Below are positions 26,701 through 36,887 of a DNA stretch of 64,000 nucleotides, piece after piece. Positions within the stretch are counted from its first letter, which is position 1. Each line of letters begins with the position of its first letter. The notes beneath the pieces are model-generated. The model had not been told where the DNA came from. It worked only from the letters and a program-made list of their open reading frames with translations, and searched no databases. This stretch comes from Tubiluchus corallicola (Eukaryota > Animalia > Priapulida), in contig JAQGDQ010000726.1 of NCBI GenBank assembly GCA_030141605.1, positions 17,422 through 81,421 of the forward strand. Reading direction: 5' to 3'. The position numbers were made by a program, and so were the translations under genes.

Positions 26701-27018
26701 AGGCATAACATTTATCCCTGCCTTTTATCCTTAAATTAAAATTAAACAAAAACTTTTGCCTCACTTTGGCACAATTTACATGCACATATTTCTAGTACAC
26801 ATTTCCAGTTCATTCATGCTTTACATGCATATTTTACTCTTGTTTTGGGAATGATACCAGCATTTTACCTGACTGAATAATTCCTGTAACATTTGATCCA
26901 CTCACGTCAATTGTTAAATCAATAAGCCGGCATGTAAAACTTCCATTAATATTTGAACAGTTAGCAAGGACAGGATCACAGTCGTGGGTGGGACTGGCGG
27001 CATCACATTCATTTATGT
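14640..27018 (-). CDS. Multi-exon modular gene: calcium-binding EGF repeats plus three C-type lectin-like domains (5' and 3' ends not identified; may be partly pseudogenised)
   Basis: 17 phase-compatible GT-AG exons; 5'->3' order is EGF x6, CTLD x3 (3 exons each), EGF, EGF. Exons are listed separately. Confidence 0.85.
14910..15040 (-). pseudogene. Dead cbEGF exon
   Basis: AHNCHSIFANCT(frameshift)IDGNFTCQCIDGTVDVSGTNA*GT; splice sites lost. Confidence 0.8.
16565..17878. repeat. ~1.3-kb segmental duplication, copy 1 (EGF exon plus intron)
   Basis: Near-identical to ~25291-26610; both copies end at ...GAAAGTACTT. Confidence 0.95.
16696..16839 (-). CDS. cbEGF exon (intact copy of the duplicated exon)
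   Basis: DTDECATGTHNCDPFLANCSNTDGSFTCQCIEGTIDVSGAKGQGTSCS; 144 nt, phase 1-1. Confidence 0.9.
18137..18239 (-). CDS. CTLD3, third exon
   Basis: MDFCVVYSKPYKHCQLPCDYVFPSVCEISNASDS; ttttcag acceptor, gtatgt donor; phase 0->1. Confidence 0.8.
18550..18724 (-). CDS. CTLD3, second exon
   Basis: NHGNVWLSPRLKIGIGNYETPDGQIASVFNGWTSKGNYTFEWLGYSLWKSELLQQVSR; phase 2->0. Confidence 0.78.
19219..19432 (-). CDS. CTLD3, first exon
   Basis: KQACGSSAFHNGRSKCLEREGLAMSYRDALVMCSSPRRLLEATSPQD...; gtaagt donor; phase 1->2. Confidence 0.8.
19860..19979 (-). CDS. CTLD2, third exon
   Basis: ADDKVGVIVLKESNAFVLQSRKTNDSIEFAVCEMPLPQT; ttttgtag acceptor, gtgaga donor; phase 1-1. Confidence 0.75.
20474..20604 (-). CDS. 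CTLD2, second exon
   Basis: GEQIAWVGLMQYGNTNNWIHLQDMEVTPNFNMTGIYSNVEIFE; WIGL-like motif; phase 2->1. Confidence 0.8.
20863..21097 (-). CDS. CTLD2, first exon
   Basis: DGNQCPSGWTDYSSANFSSCLKVI...AEWTCWQEADGLTASLAKVDSEQK; phase 1->2. Confidence 0.88.
21514..21657 (-). CDS. CTLD1, third exon
   Basis: SNDKFCVIAELSSGYRWRTNRCQHDDSEEINVICEYDAAAVATALTG; phase 1-1. Confidence 0.88.
22292..22443 (-). CDS. CTLD1, second exon
   Basis: AVFPRKGTGYWLGITYDEVTKNFYWDDGGLYEDFGGPEHWYYNWQPVWKP; YWLG and FxWxDG motifs; phase 2->1. Confidence 0.9.
22951..23137 (-). CDS. CTLD1, first exon
   Basis: KATCPEGFEGFLGANGTNNYCYKFVLHHYNRVKAYYNCKQYGASLATIKSEEVWDYFARDNG; gtgagt donor; phase 1->2. Confidence 0.9.
23965..24114 (-). 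CDS. cbEGF exon
   Basis: DVDECDASNPVHDCDPVLNNCTNTDGSFSCQCVEGTIDMSGTNAVGTNCL; 150 nt. Confidence 0.9.
24209..24358 (-). CDS. cbEGF exon
   Basis: DVNECDANNPIHNCDLILANCTNTDGSFTCQCIDGTIDVSGPNATGTLCS; 150 nt. Confidence 0.9.
24446..24595 (-). CDS. cbEGF exon
   Basis: DVNECDANNPIHDCDPIFANCTNTDGSFTCQCPEGRLAVSGPNGTGTICS; 150 nt. Confidence 0.9.
24691..24840 (-). CDS. cbEGF exon
   Basis: DINECDATNLTHDCDPQLANCTNTGGSFSCQCIDGTIDMSGANATGTICS; 150 nt. Confidence 0.9.
25291..26610. repeat. ~1.3-kb segmental duplication, copy 2
   Basis: Near-identical to ~16565-17878. Confidence 0.95.
25423..25566 (-). pseudogene. cbEGF exon with in-frame TGA at the fourth Cys (25484-25486); splice sites intact
   Basis: Reads ...GSFT*QCIEG where the 16696-16839 copy reads GSFTCQCIEG (TGT->TGA). 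Confidence 0.8.
26869..27018 (-). CDS. Four-cysteine EGF-like exon
   Basis: DINECDAASPTHDCDPVLANCSNINGSFTCRLIDLTIDVSGSNVTGIIQS; 150 nt, phase 1-1. Confidence 0.85.
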
Positions 27019-27269
27019 CTGAATTAAACAAAACTGCAATGTTGTACAGTCATGGGTACAATTGGCAGCATAACATTAACGTATATCTGAGTTAAAGAAA
27101 ATGGTACTGTTTCATATTGATTATAACTACTACATATTTTCTTTTTACACATACAGTTACCTTACTTCACATACTTATGAAGTTTGGTCTGGTAATCAAA
27201 GGCTTAAAATTACTATTTATAGACCAAAAACATCTTAGTTGATCGATAGGTTCAATGTAGCAGATGTCA

Positions 27270-27417
<148 letters not shown>

Positions 27418-29399
27418 GTAACTACTGTGATCTAAAAAGTTACATCCATCAAACTGGTAAAACGAGTTACAACTGAATCTTCAGTTACACAATATTATTA
27501 CGCATAATTTTTATTACTTACAAAGTCACAAACACCAAATGTCTATAACTCTTTACAACTGCATTTTCAAATAACAAAATAAATGCAAACAACTTTTATG
27601 TGTCCACAAATATGTGTGTGTATTAGAGATTCTCCATTGGTCAATTCAGTCAACTATTTGATTTAATGAGCTATATAACTGAGTATACTGGTTTAAAATC
27701 GTAGATAGTGACACATGGAATAAGAAATCCTGTTATTTAATAATGATACAATCATGTAACACTAACATATCACAATTAATTTCCAAGTCTCGAGATGGGT
27801 TTATACAAACAAAGTCTGCTTTTAGAATTGAACCCAAATTCTATTATAAAACTTTACAAGAATTGCAATCAGGAGAGGAACACAAGCAACTAACTAGGTG
27901 AGGACCCTTTAGCAACACATGAAACGCTTAACACTTAGTTAAATTTATTAGTTTAATAACACTTATTTTATATTATAATAATATAATTATTAGTTTACTC
28001 GTTCAATATCCTAACAAACATTTATAAGTTTTCTTAATTCTTCATTTATATAGTAGACAGTTAATTATAATAAAATCAGTAAAATAAATTATTTCTGGCA
28101 AATTACAAAGGCAAATTACAAAATAGGTATTTCTGCACCAAAATAAAATTATAAGAGTTGAAGAACTTTTATATATACTAATTATGCTTTTGTAAATTCA
28201 CATATTGTTTCTGCTTAATAAATAGTTACTACTAGGAAATAATTAACGTTGGGCCTACATACAAACATTATATGACAGCATATTAGCATTTTATGCACTG
28301 CTTGCATGAACTACATAATGTTGTTGAACTTTATGTTTCAATTAAGATCGCTAATTTAACAATTTAATTAAATTAATTAAGAATAAAAAAGCATACAAGA
28401 TCACATCATGACTATACGTATTTAAATAATATTCCCCGTGTTTTTCCTTAACACAGACTTGGTGATCCAAAATATAAAACACAGTTTGGAATCTGCATTT
28501 CACTCTCAAAATTGCCAAACTTATCATTAAATGTTTTCAATAATTTTTTTCTTAACTTGAAAGAGTAAAAATCGAGCAGAATAGCAGGTTGCAACAGTAT
28601 GAGACTAGCAATATTTAACACATTTATCTATTATGGCTGTAGCAGCAAACAGTCTCAAAATTACAAAAGTATTTCAGGAGAATTTGGCTCCATCTCTAGT
28701 TAATGGAGGACACTTTTATTCTAAAGCAGCTTTATTGTTTGAGTTCTCAGCTCCATAACAAGTTTGATGCGCACAAAAAGAAAATTTTGGAGCAAACAGG
28801 CTAACTTGTGCCAATACACGTCTAAAATTTCTAACACTTGTGCCTGGTTTTCTACATGATTGCTATTAAGTTGATCAGACGATTCTGACTTCATGCTGTG
28901 CAAATGCTTTCTTGAGGGCTCAGCAGAAAGATTTGCTAATTTATTCTTTTTTGCGCTACAGACAAAAGCCAAAGACAGTTTGGAAAGTTCAAAAGTCAGC
29001 TCTTTTATGTTTGGGTGATTTTAGGAGGTGACACTAAGAATTTCAACTGGCTGTTAAGTGTTAAAATAGTGTAATTTAAGTTATGATTAACTTTTTATTA
29101 GATCAGAATTTTTTCTGTTGCCTTCTGATTTGTTACTAACGCATAAATAAATGACAGTGCATTATTCATCAGTAGCTTTTATGTAATCATTTTAGCTTAT
29201 CCTATCTCAAGAATCATATTATATCGCAACTATGGTCAGTATTAGTATAACATCAACAACATCAAACTCTGTCACTGACTCTGAATGCACAAACTCTGAA
29301 GAAGCGTGAGCATTTCTGTCAAATATCGCCCACTTATACACCTACTCAGTCATCTTTTGAGCTCCCATCTTTATCTGTGAACAGCACATCTGTTCAAGC

Positions 29400-29802
29400 A
29401 GCACACTCATCTTCTGTCCAGTTAGATACAGACAACCAGCTAGACAAATCCATCCATGCAGACTTTGCATTGCTCTTATATGAGTTTGATTCTGTATTTG
29501 ATCCAAACTTTACTGGTTACAATGGGGCTGCAGGACCTTTTCAAGCAGTTGTCAACATGGGCTTTGTACAGCCTCCCCAAAGAAAAGGTCGAATCCCACA
29601 GTATTCTAAAAACAGACTTCTGGAATTGCAACAGAAATTCAATGACCTTGAAGCCCTTAAAGTCATTGTGCGCCCTGAAGATGTTCCTATCACAGTCGAG
29701 TATCGCAACCCCTCTTTCCCCGTGAACAAACCATAAGGTGGTTCACGCCTTGTCACTGCTTTCACTGAAGTTGCTCAGAATAGTAAACCACAACCGGCAC
29801 TT
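29400..29802 (+). mobile_element. Gypsy-like LTR-retrotransposon pol fragment (RT N-terminus) with an internal stop
   Basis: GYNGAAGPFQAVVNMGFVQPPQRKGRIPQY...LQQKFNDLEALKVIVRPED...EYRNPSFPVNKP*GGSRLVTAF...SKPQP resembles the RT entry motif (SPxxxVxKxxGxxRL); truncated by the 59-bp satellite. Confidence 0.75.
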
Positions 29803-32298
29803 AGTTTCATTGTGAACACTCTACCCTGCAATTTCCCGTGTCACCATGACCCCTGCCTGCTAGTTTCATTGTGAACACTCTACCCTGCAATTTGCCAGGT
29901 CACCATGACCCCTACCTGCTAGCTTCATTGCGAACACTCTACCCTGCAATTTCCCGGGTCATCATGACCCCTGCCTGCTAGTTTCATTGTGAACACTCTA
30001 CCCTGCAATTTCCCGGGTCATCATGACCCCTGCCTGCTAGTTTCATTGTGAACACTCTACCCTGCAATTTCCCGGGTCACCATGACCCCTACCTGCTGGT
30101 TTCATTGTGAACACTCAACCCTGCAATTTGCAGGGTCACCATGACCCCTACCTGCTAGTTTCATTGTGAACACTCAATCCTGCAATTTGCCAGGTCACCA
30201 TGACCCCTACCTGGTAGATTCATTGTGAACACTCTACCCTGCAATTTGCTGGGTCACCATGATCCCTACCTGATAGTTTCATTGTGAACACTCTACCCTG
30301 CAATTTGCTGGGTCACCATGACCCCAACCTGCTGGTTTCATTGTGAACACTCCACCTGCAATTTGCTGGAACACCATGACCCCTACCTGATAGTTTCATT
30401 GTGAAAACTCAACCATGCAATTTGCTGGGTCGCCATGACCCCTACCTGCTAGTTTCATTGTGAAAACTCAACCCTGCAATTTGCTGGGTCGCAATGACCC
30501 CTACCTGCTAGTTTCATTGTGAACACTCTACCCTGCAATTTGCCGTGTCACCATGACCCCTACCTGCTAGTTTCATTGTGAACACTCAATCTTGCAATTT
30601 GCTGGGTCACCATGACCCCTACCTGCTAGTTTCATTGTGAACACTCAATCTTGCAATTTGCTGGGTCACTATAACCCCTACCTGCTAGTTTCATTGTGAA
30701 CACTTAAACCTGCAATTTCCCGGGTCACCATGACCCCTACCTGCTAGTTTTCATTATGAACACTCTACCCTGCAATTTGCTGGGTCGCCATGACCCCTAC
30801 CTGCTAGTTTCATTGTGAGCACTCTACCCTGCAATTTGCCAGGTCACAATGACCCCTACCTGCTAGTTTCATTGTGAACACTCAACCCTGCAATTTCCCG
30901 GGTCATCATGACCCCTGCCTGCTAGTTTCATTGTGAGCACTCCACCTGCAATTTGCCGGGTCACCATGACCCCTACCTGCTAGTTTCATTGTGAACACTC
31001 TACCCTGCAATTTGCCAGGTCGCCATGACCCCTACCTGCTAGTTTCATTGTGAACACTCAATCCTGCAATTTGCAGGGTCACCATGACCCCAACCTGCTA
31101 GTTTCATTGTGAACACTCTACCCTGCAATTTGCCGGGTCACCATGACCCCTACCTGCTAGTTTCATTGTAAACACTCTACCCTGCAATTTGCCAGGTCGC
31201 CATGACCCCTACCTGCTAGTTTCATTGTGAACACTCAATCCTGCAATTTGCAGGGTCACCATGACCCCTACCTGCTAGTTTTCATTGTGAACACTCTACC
31301 CTGCAATTTGCCGGGTCGCCATGACCCCTACCTGCTAGTTTCATTGTGAACAATCTACCCTGCAATTTCCTGGGTCACCATGACCTCTACCTGCTAGTTT
31401 CATTGTGAACACTCAACCCTGCAACTTGCTGGGTCACCATGACCCCAACCTGCTGGTTTCATTGTGAAAAGTCAACCCTGCAACTTGCTGGGTCACCATG
31501 ACCCCAACCTGCTGGTTTCATTGTGAACACTCTACCATGCAATTTGCAGGGTCACCATGACCCCTACCTGCTAGTTTCATTGTGAAAACTCAACCCTGCA
31601 ATTTCCCGGGTCACCATGACCCCTACCTGCTAGTTTCATTGTGAAAAGTCAACCCTGCAACTTGCTGGGTCACCATGACCCGAACCTGCTGGTTTCATTG
31701 TGAGCACTCTACCCTGCAATTTGCTGGGTCACCATGACCCAGGGACCTGCTAGTTTCATTATGAACACTCAGCCCTGCAATTTCCCGGGTCATCATGACC
31801 CCTACCTGCTAGTTTCATTATGAACACTCTACTCTGCAATTTGCTAGGTCACAATGACCCCTACCTGCTAGTTTCATTGTGAGCACTCTACCCTACAATT
31901 TTCCGGGTCACCATGACCCCTACTTGCTAGTTTCATTGTGAACACTCTACCCTGCAATTTCCCGGGTCACCATGACTCCTACCTGCTAGTTTCATTGTGA
32001 ACACTCTCCCCTGCAATTTGCCGGGTCACCATGACCCCTACCAGCTAGTTTCATTGTGAAAACTCAACCCTGCAACTTGCCGGGTCATCATGACCCCTAC
32101 CTGATTGTTTCATTGTGAACACTCTACCCTGCAATTTCCCGGGTCACCATGACCCCTGCCTGCTAGTTTCATTGTGAACACTCTACCCTGCAATAGTTTC
32201 ATTGTGAACTCTCTACCCTGCAATTTGCCGGGTCGCCATGACCCCTACCTGCTAGTTTCATTGTGAACAATCTACCCTGCAATTTGCCGGGTCGCCAT
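29802..32298. repeat. 59-bp minisatellite, about 42 copies
   Basis: Unit TAGTTTCATTGTGAACACTCTACCCTGCAATTTGCCGGGTCACCATGACCCCTACCTGC. Confidence 0.97.
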
Positions 32299-32446
32299 TA
32301 GAGCAAGAGAAAATAAGAGCTTGCAATCAATGCACATTTGAAAAAAATGAATGTTTCACGAATAGCTCAAAATAAAAAAATGTACATTATCAATTTTGTT
32401 TCATTTTTCGTGACCAAAGAAATGGTTTTGCGTTTTACAGTTTGGG

Positions 32447-32620
32447 TTTCATTTCGTTTGCGATAGAGGGCAGCAGCTTACAACTTGATTTCTCAAGGCA
32501 AACTGAGAGTCCGGGCGATTCCTATGTTTTAAGTTTCATTTCGTTTGTGATAGAGGGCAGCAGCTTACAACTTGAATTCTCAAGTCAAACTGAGAGTCTG
32601 GGCGATTCTTATATTTTAAG
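32447..32620. repeat. Two-copy 87-bp tandem duplication
   Basis: TTTCATTTCGTTTG(C/T)GATAGAGGGCAGCAGCTTACAACTTGA... occurs twice. Confidence 0.9.
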
Positions 32621-33209
32621 TTTGGAATTTTTTGTGAGTTTAATGAATGTAATAACAATATTTTAAATTTGTATCATTAACAATAATTATGTGTGTGTGC
32701 TTGCAAATCAAACGGGATTTGCTATGCAAGAACACATATCACATGATTTTATTAAAATAACGTAGAACTGTTGATAAAATTGCAGCCGAACTGCAATACG
32801 TAGATCACAAAATGTCAACCAACTTTCGGGATTCACCTCGCAATGATCAAGGAGGCGCTCAAAACAAAACAAAACACATTTCCTGTTTTCTGTTTCTTTT
32901 TTTTTGACTGCCCTTTCTGTTTTCTAACATACATTTCATCTGCCTACTGCTATTTACTGCAGGAAACAAATCGGGTTTCTCTCAGGTTATCCACACTTAG
33001 AGGAAGCCATGTAATTAGAACTGACTTGCTCTGTCGAAGTTATTGCACAAATTTTTAACATGACAAGCCTTGAAAGGCCAATGCATAAAATAATAATCAT
33101 GCAGCTACGTAGTGCTTGTTCAATTGTAGATGGTGTTACAGTTATATCACAATGTCACATAAATAGAACTTAACCGAAGCAGAATTGAAGCAAAAAAACT
33201 GCGCAATTG

Positions 33210-33518
33210 AATAGTAATAGTGATAGTGATAGTGATAGTGATAGTAATAGTAATAGTAATAGTAATAGTAATAGTAATAGTAATAGTAATAGTAATAGTA
33301 ATAGTAATAGTAATAGTAATAGTAATAGTAATAGTAATAGTAATAGTAATAGTAATAGTGATAGTGATAGTGATAGTGATAGTGATAGTGATAGTGATAG
33401 TGATAGTGATAGTGATAGTGATAGTGATAGTAATAGTAATAGTAATAGTAATAGTAATAGTAATAGTAATAGTAATAGTAATAGTAATAGTGGTAGTGGT
33501 AGTGGTAGTGGTAGCGAT

Positions 33519-33568
<50 letters not shown>

Positions 33569-34620
33569 TGATAGTGATAGTGATTCTGATATTGATGGTG
33601 ATGCTGATATTGATAGTGATAGTGATAGAAATAGTAATAATAATGTAATAGTAACACCAATGTAATTAGTAATACTAATGTAATGTAATAATAATAGTAA
33701 TTGTAATTGTAATAGTAACAGTAACATTAACAGTAATAGTAAAAATGATAGTGATGGTGATGGTGATGGTAATGGTAATGGTAATGGTAATGGTAATGGT
33801 AATACTAATACTAATACTAATACTAATACTAATACTAATACTAATACTAATACTAATACCAATACAAATACAAATACCAATACAAATACCAATACCAATA
33901 CCAATACCAATACTAATACTAATACTGATACTAATACTAATACTAATACTAATACTAATACTAATACTAATACTAATACTCATAGTAACAGTAACAGTAA
34001 TAGTAATAGATTAGTAATTGTAATTGTAATTGTAATTGTAATTGTAATTGTAATTGTAATTGTAATTGTAATTGTAATTGTAATTGTAATTGTAATTGTA
34101 ATTGTAATTGTAATTGTAATTGTAATTGTAATTGTAATTGTAATTGTAATTGTAATTGTAATTGTAATTGTAATTGTAATTGTAATTGTAATTGTAATTG
34201 TAATTGTAATTGTAATTGTAATTGTAATTGTAATTGTAATTGTAATTGTAATTGTAATTGTAATTGTAATTGTAATTGTAATTGTAATTGTAATTGTAAT
34301 TGTAATTGTAATTGTAATTGTAATTGTAATTGTAATTGTAATTGTAATTGTAATTGTAATTGTAATTGTAATTGTAATTGTAATTGTAATTGTAACTGTA
34401 ATTGTAATTGTAATTGTAATTGTAATTGTAATTGTAATTGTAATTGTAATTGTAATTGTAATTGTAATTGTAATTGTAATTGTAATTGTAATTGTAATTG
34501 TAATTGTAATTGTAATTGTAATTGTAATTGTAATTGTAATTGTAATTGTAACTGTAACTGTAACTGTAACTGTAACTGTAACTGTAACTGTAACTGTAAC
34601 TGTAATTGTAATTGTAATTG
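33210..34620. repeat. Compound hexanucleotide microsatellite (AATAGT, GATAGT, GACAGC, AATGGT, AATACT, AATTGT, AACTGT)
   Basis: Direct inspection. Confidence 0.97.
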
Positions 34621-34959
34621 CGTTAGCAATAATATTAGTAATGCAATAGGTAACAATAATATTAATACGAATAGTAAAAGAAAATGCATCAAGTCTGAAC
34701 CATTAAAAAATTACAGGTGAAACAATGGTGCAGCCATGAAAATTTCTGCTGTATACATATATAATTTTGCTTTTATAAAATAAGCAAAATTTTCATTCCA
34801 AACTAACACATCAGCACAAAATCTACGTAAAAAACAATTTAAATAGAATCCACAGACTTAATAAAATGTAAGAATTAGTGATAAGTTAAAAAATGAAAGA
34901 AAATGGTTATTAGTAAATATTCATAAATTATAATATTTGCACTGAATGGAACATTTTTT

Positions 34960-35130
34960 GAATTTATTATTCCAAGTCTAATGTTTGGAAATGAACCAAT
35001 TAAATATGTGAATAGAACTCATGTATTAGGAGTAAATGTTGATAATGAACTTAAATTTGAAGCGCACGCAACTACTACGAGACAGAGAGCTTGGAATAAA
35101 TGGTCGTATATAATAATAAAACTACATAAA
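34960..35130 (+). mobile_element. Non-LTR retrotransposon RT C-terminal fragment
   Basis: FGNEPIKYVNRTHVLGVNVDNELKFEAHATTTRQRA matches the LINE LGVxxDxxLxFxxH motif. Confidence 0.6.
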
Positions 35131-35592
35131 ACTAAGGTCGTACAAACGTACATGTATACAAACCTAGTACAACGTCTTACATAAAACTAAGGTCGTAAAA
35201 ACGTATTTTAGTGAGATTAAAAATAAATGCTAAAAATTTAATGAAATCTGAGTATATAAAAAAATTAACTAAGTAAACGCTCACGCATGTAAAAACGTAA
35301 GTTAAAGTTTTAATAATTTCAATAACGAAAACCTAGTATAAACCTACGCAATGAAAACTTTGCTTCCCCCCATATTTGAGGTTTTAGCGATGATGACATC
35401 ATTAAACACAGCTACGTTGATTGACTGTATTGGAAGTAAGAGCTTCCCCACTATTTTGCCCATGCTGTCCACCAGGCCACGCAAATCGAAAAGCAAGGAT
35501 GAGAACAGGTCGAACAACTAGATTGCATTCGCGCATAAGGTGAAACACCGGCAACATATAACTCACCCACGCAATTCCAAAGCAATGTTGTA

Positions 35593-36432
35593 CTATTCCG
35601 AACTATTTTGCCCCTGCTGTCCACCAGGCCACGCAAATCGAAAAGCAAGGATGAGAACAGGTCGTACAACTAGATTGCCTTCGCGCATAAGGTGAAACAC
35701 CGGCAACATATAACTCACCCACGCAATTTCAAAGAAATGTTGTACTATTTCACCAACAAAAATGGGCGTGACTAAAATAACAAATGCTAGGGAGATGAGT
35801 CCGACACCGATGTGGTGTTTCGTGGTGGCTTCGTAATCGTTGACATTGTTGCTCTTTCTCACCAGTTTGCAGATGATGAACAGCCACAGTGCAAAAAGTG
35901 CCAAAAACGGGAACACTAGGCTAACCAAGAAAGGTACCCACATATCAATGGCCCAAGTGTGGTCCATCATCCATGTGCAATCTGTGTGAGTTTCCGAAGT
36001 TTTCACTGTGGTGGCTACAAACAACATGAAGGTGAATATGGCAGCACCACTGATCCACAATGCAGGTAAAACCAAAACATACCACCAGCGCAATGTGGTT
36101 TTTCCAGTAGAAAGTGCAATCAGTTTATCCACAACTAATGTGATGATGGTACAAGCAGATACGAACCAATGAATTCGAGTGATGTAAATGTCAGCCTTGC
36201 AAGTCGACTCGCTGAATTTCCACGTGTCGTTGAAGACATAACTTATAGTTAGTGACAGAAGAACAGCTGTTAACAGGTCGCATACGGCCATGTTTGTCAC
36301 AATGATTCCTGTGTTGGTGAGAGTTTTCTTCTTCAAGACCCAAACTAAGTGAACAATGATGACACCAAGGTTCAAACACATGGAAACAACTGCTATAATG
36401 GTTAAAATGGAGGCATAAGTAACACTCTCCAT
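35593..36432 (-). CDS. Intronless class-A (rhodopsin-like) GPCR, copy 1 (279 aa, C-tail truncated)
   Basis: ATG at MESVTYAS; 7 hydrophobic segments; TM1 Asn, TM2 NMAVCD, TM3 Cys (WKFSESTCK), DKL at the DRY position, TM4 W, ECL2 Cys, TM5/6/7 prolines. Confidence 0.9.
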   Translation of the reverse strand: MESVTYASILTIIAVVSMCLNLGVIIVHLVWVLKKKTLTNTGIIVTNMAVCDLLTAVLLSLTISYVFNDTWKFSESTCKADIYITRIHWFVSACTIITLVVDKLIALSTGKTTLRWWYVLVLPALWISGAAIFTFMLFVATTVKTSETHTDCTWMMDHTWAIDMWVPFLVSLVFPFLALFALWLFIICKLVRKSNNVNDYEATTKHHIGVGLISLAFVILVTPIFVGEIVQHFFEIAWVSYMLPVFHLMREGNLVVRPVLILAFRFAWPGGQQGQNSSE

Positions 36433-36887
36433 CTTGTATTGAATTACTAGTATTACTGAATTACTAATACTAGAGCAATCTTGTACCTGAAGCACAATTT
36501 ACAGGTTCTGTAGAGCAATCTTGTACCTGAAGCACAATTTACAAGTTCTGTAGAGTAATCATGTACCATAGAGAGCTTGGAATAAATGGTCGTATATAAT
36601 AATAAAACTACATAAAACTAAGGTCGTACAAACGTACATGTATACAAACCTAGTACAACGTCTTACATAAAACTAAGGTCGTAAAAACGTATTTTAGTGA
36701 GATTAAAAATAAATGCTAAAAGTTTAATGAAATCTGAGTATATAAAAAAATTAACTAAGTAAAAGCTCACGCATGTAAAAAGGTAAGTTAAAGTTTTAAT
36801 AATTTCAATAACGAAAACCTAGTATAAACCTAGGCAATGAAAACTTTGCTTCCCCACATATTTGAGGTTTTAGCGATGATGACATCA

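Noticed and set aside
33142-34692. Long poly-L, QL, SN and IV ORFs
   Set aside because: Translations of hexanucleotide microsatellites.
36433-36495. N-terminal extension MLQVQDCSS... of the GPCR ORFs
   Set aside because: It begins at a GTG inside the 40-bp satellite; the first ATG is MESVTY.
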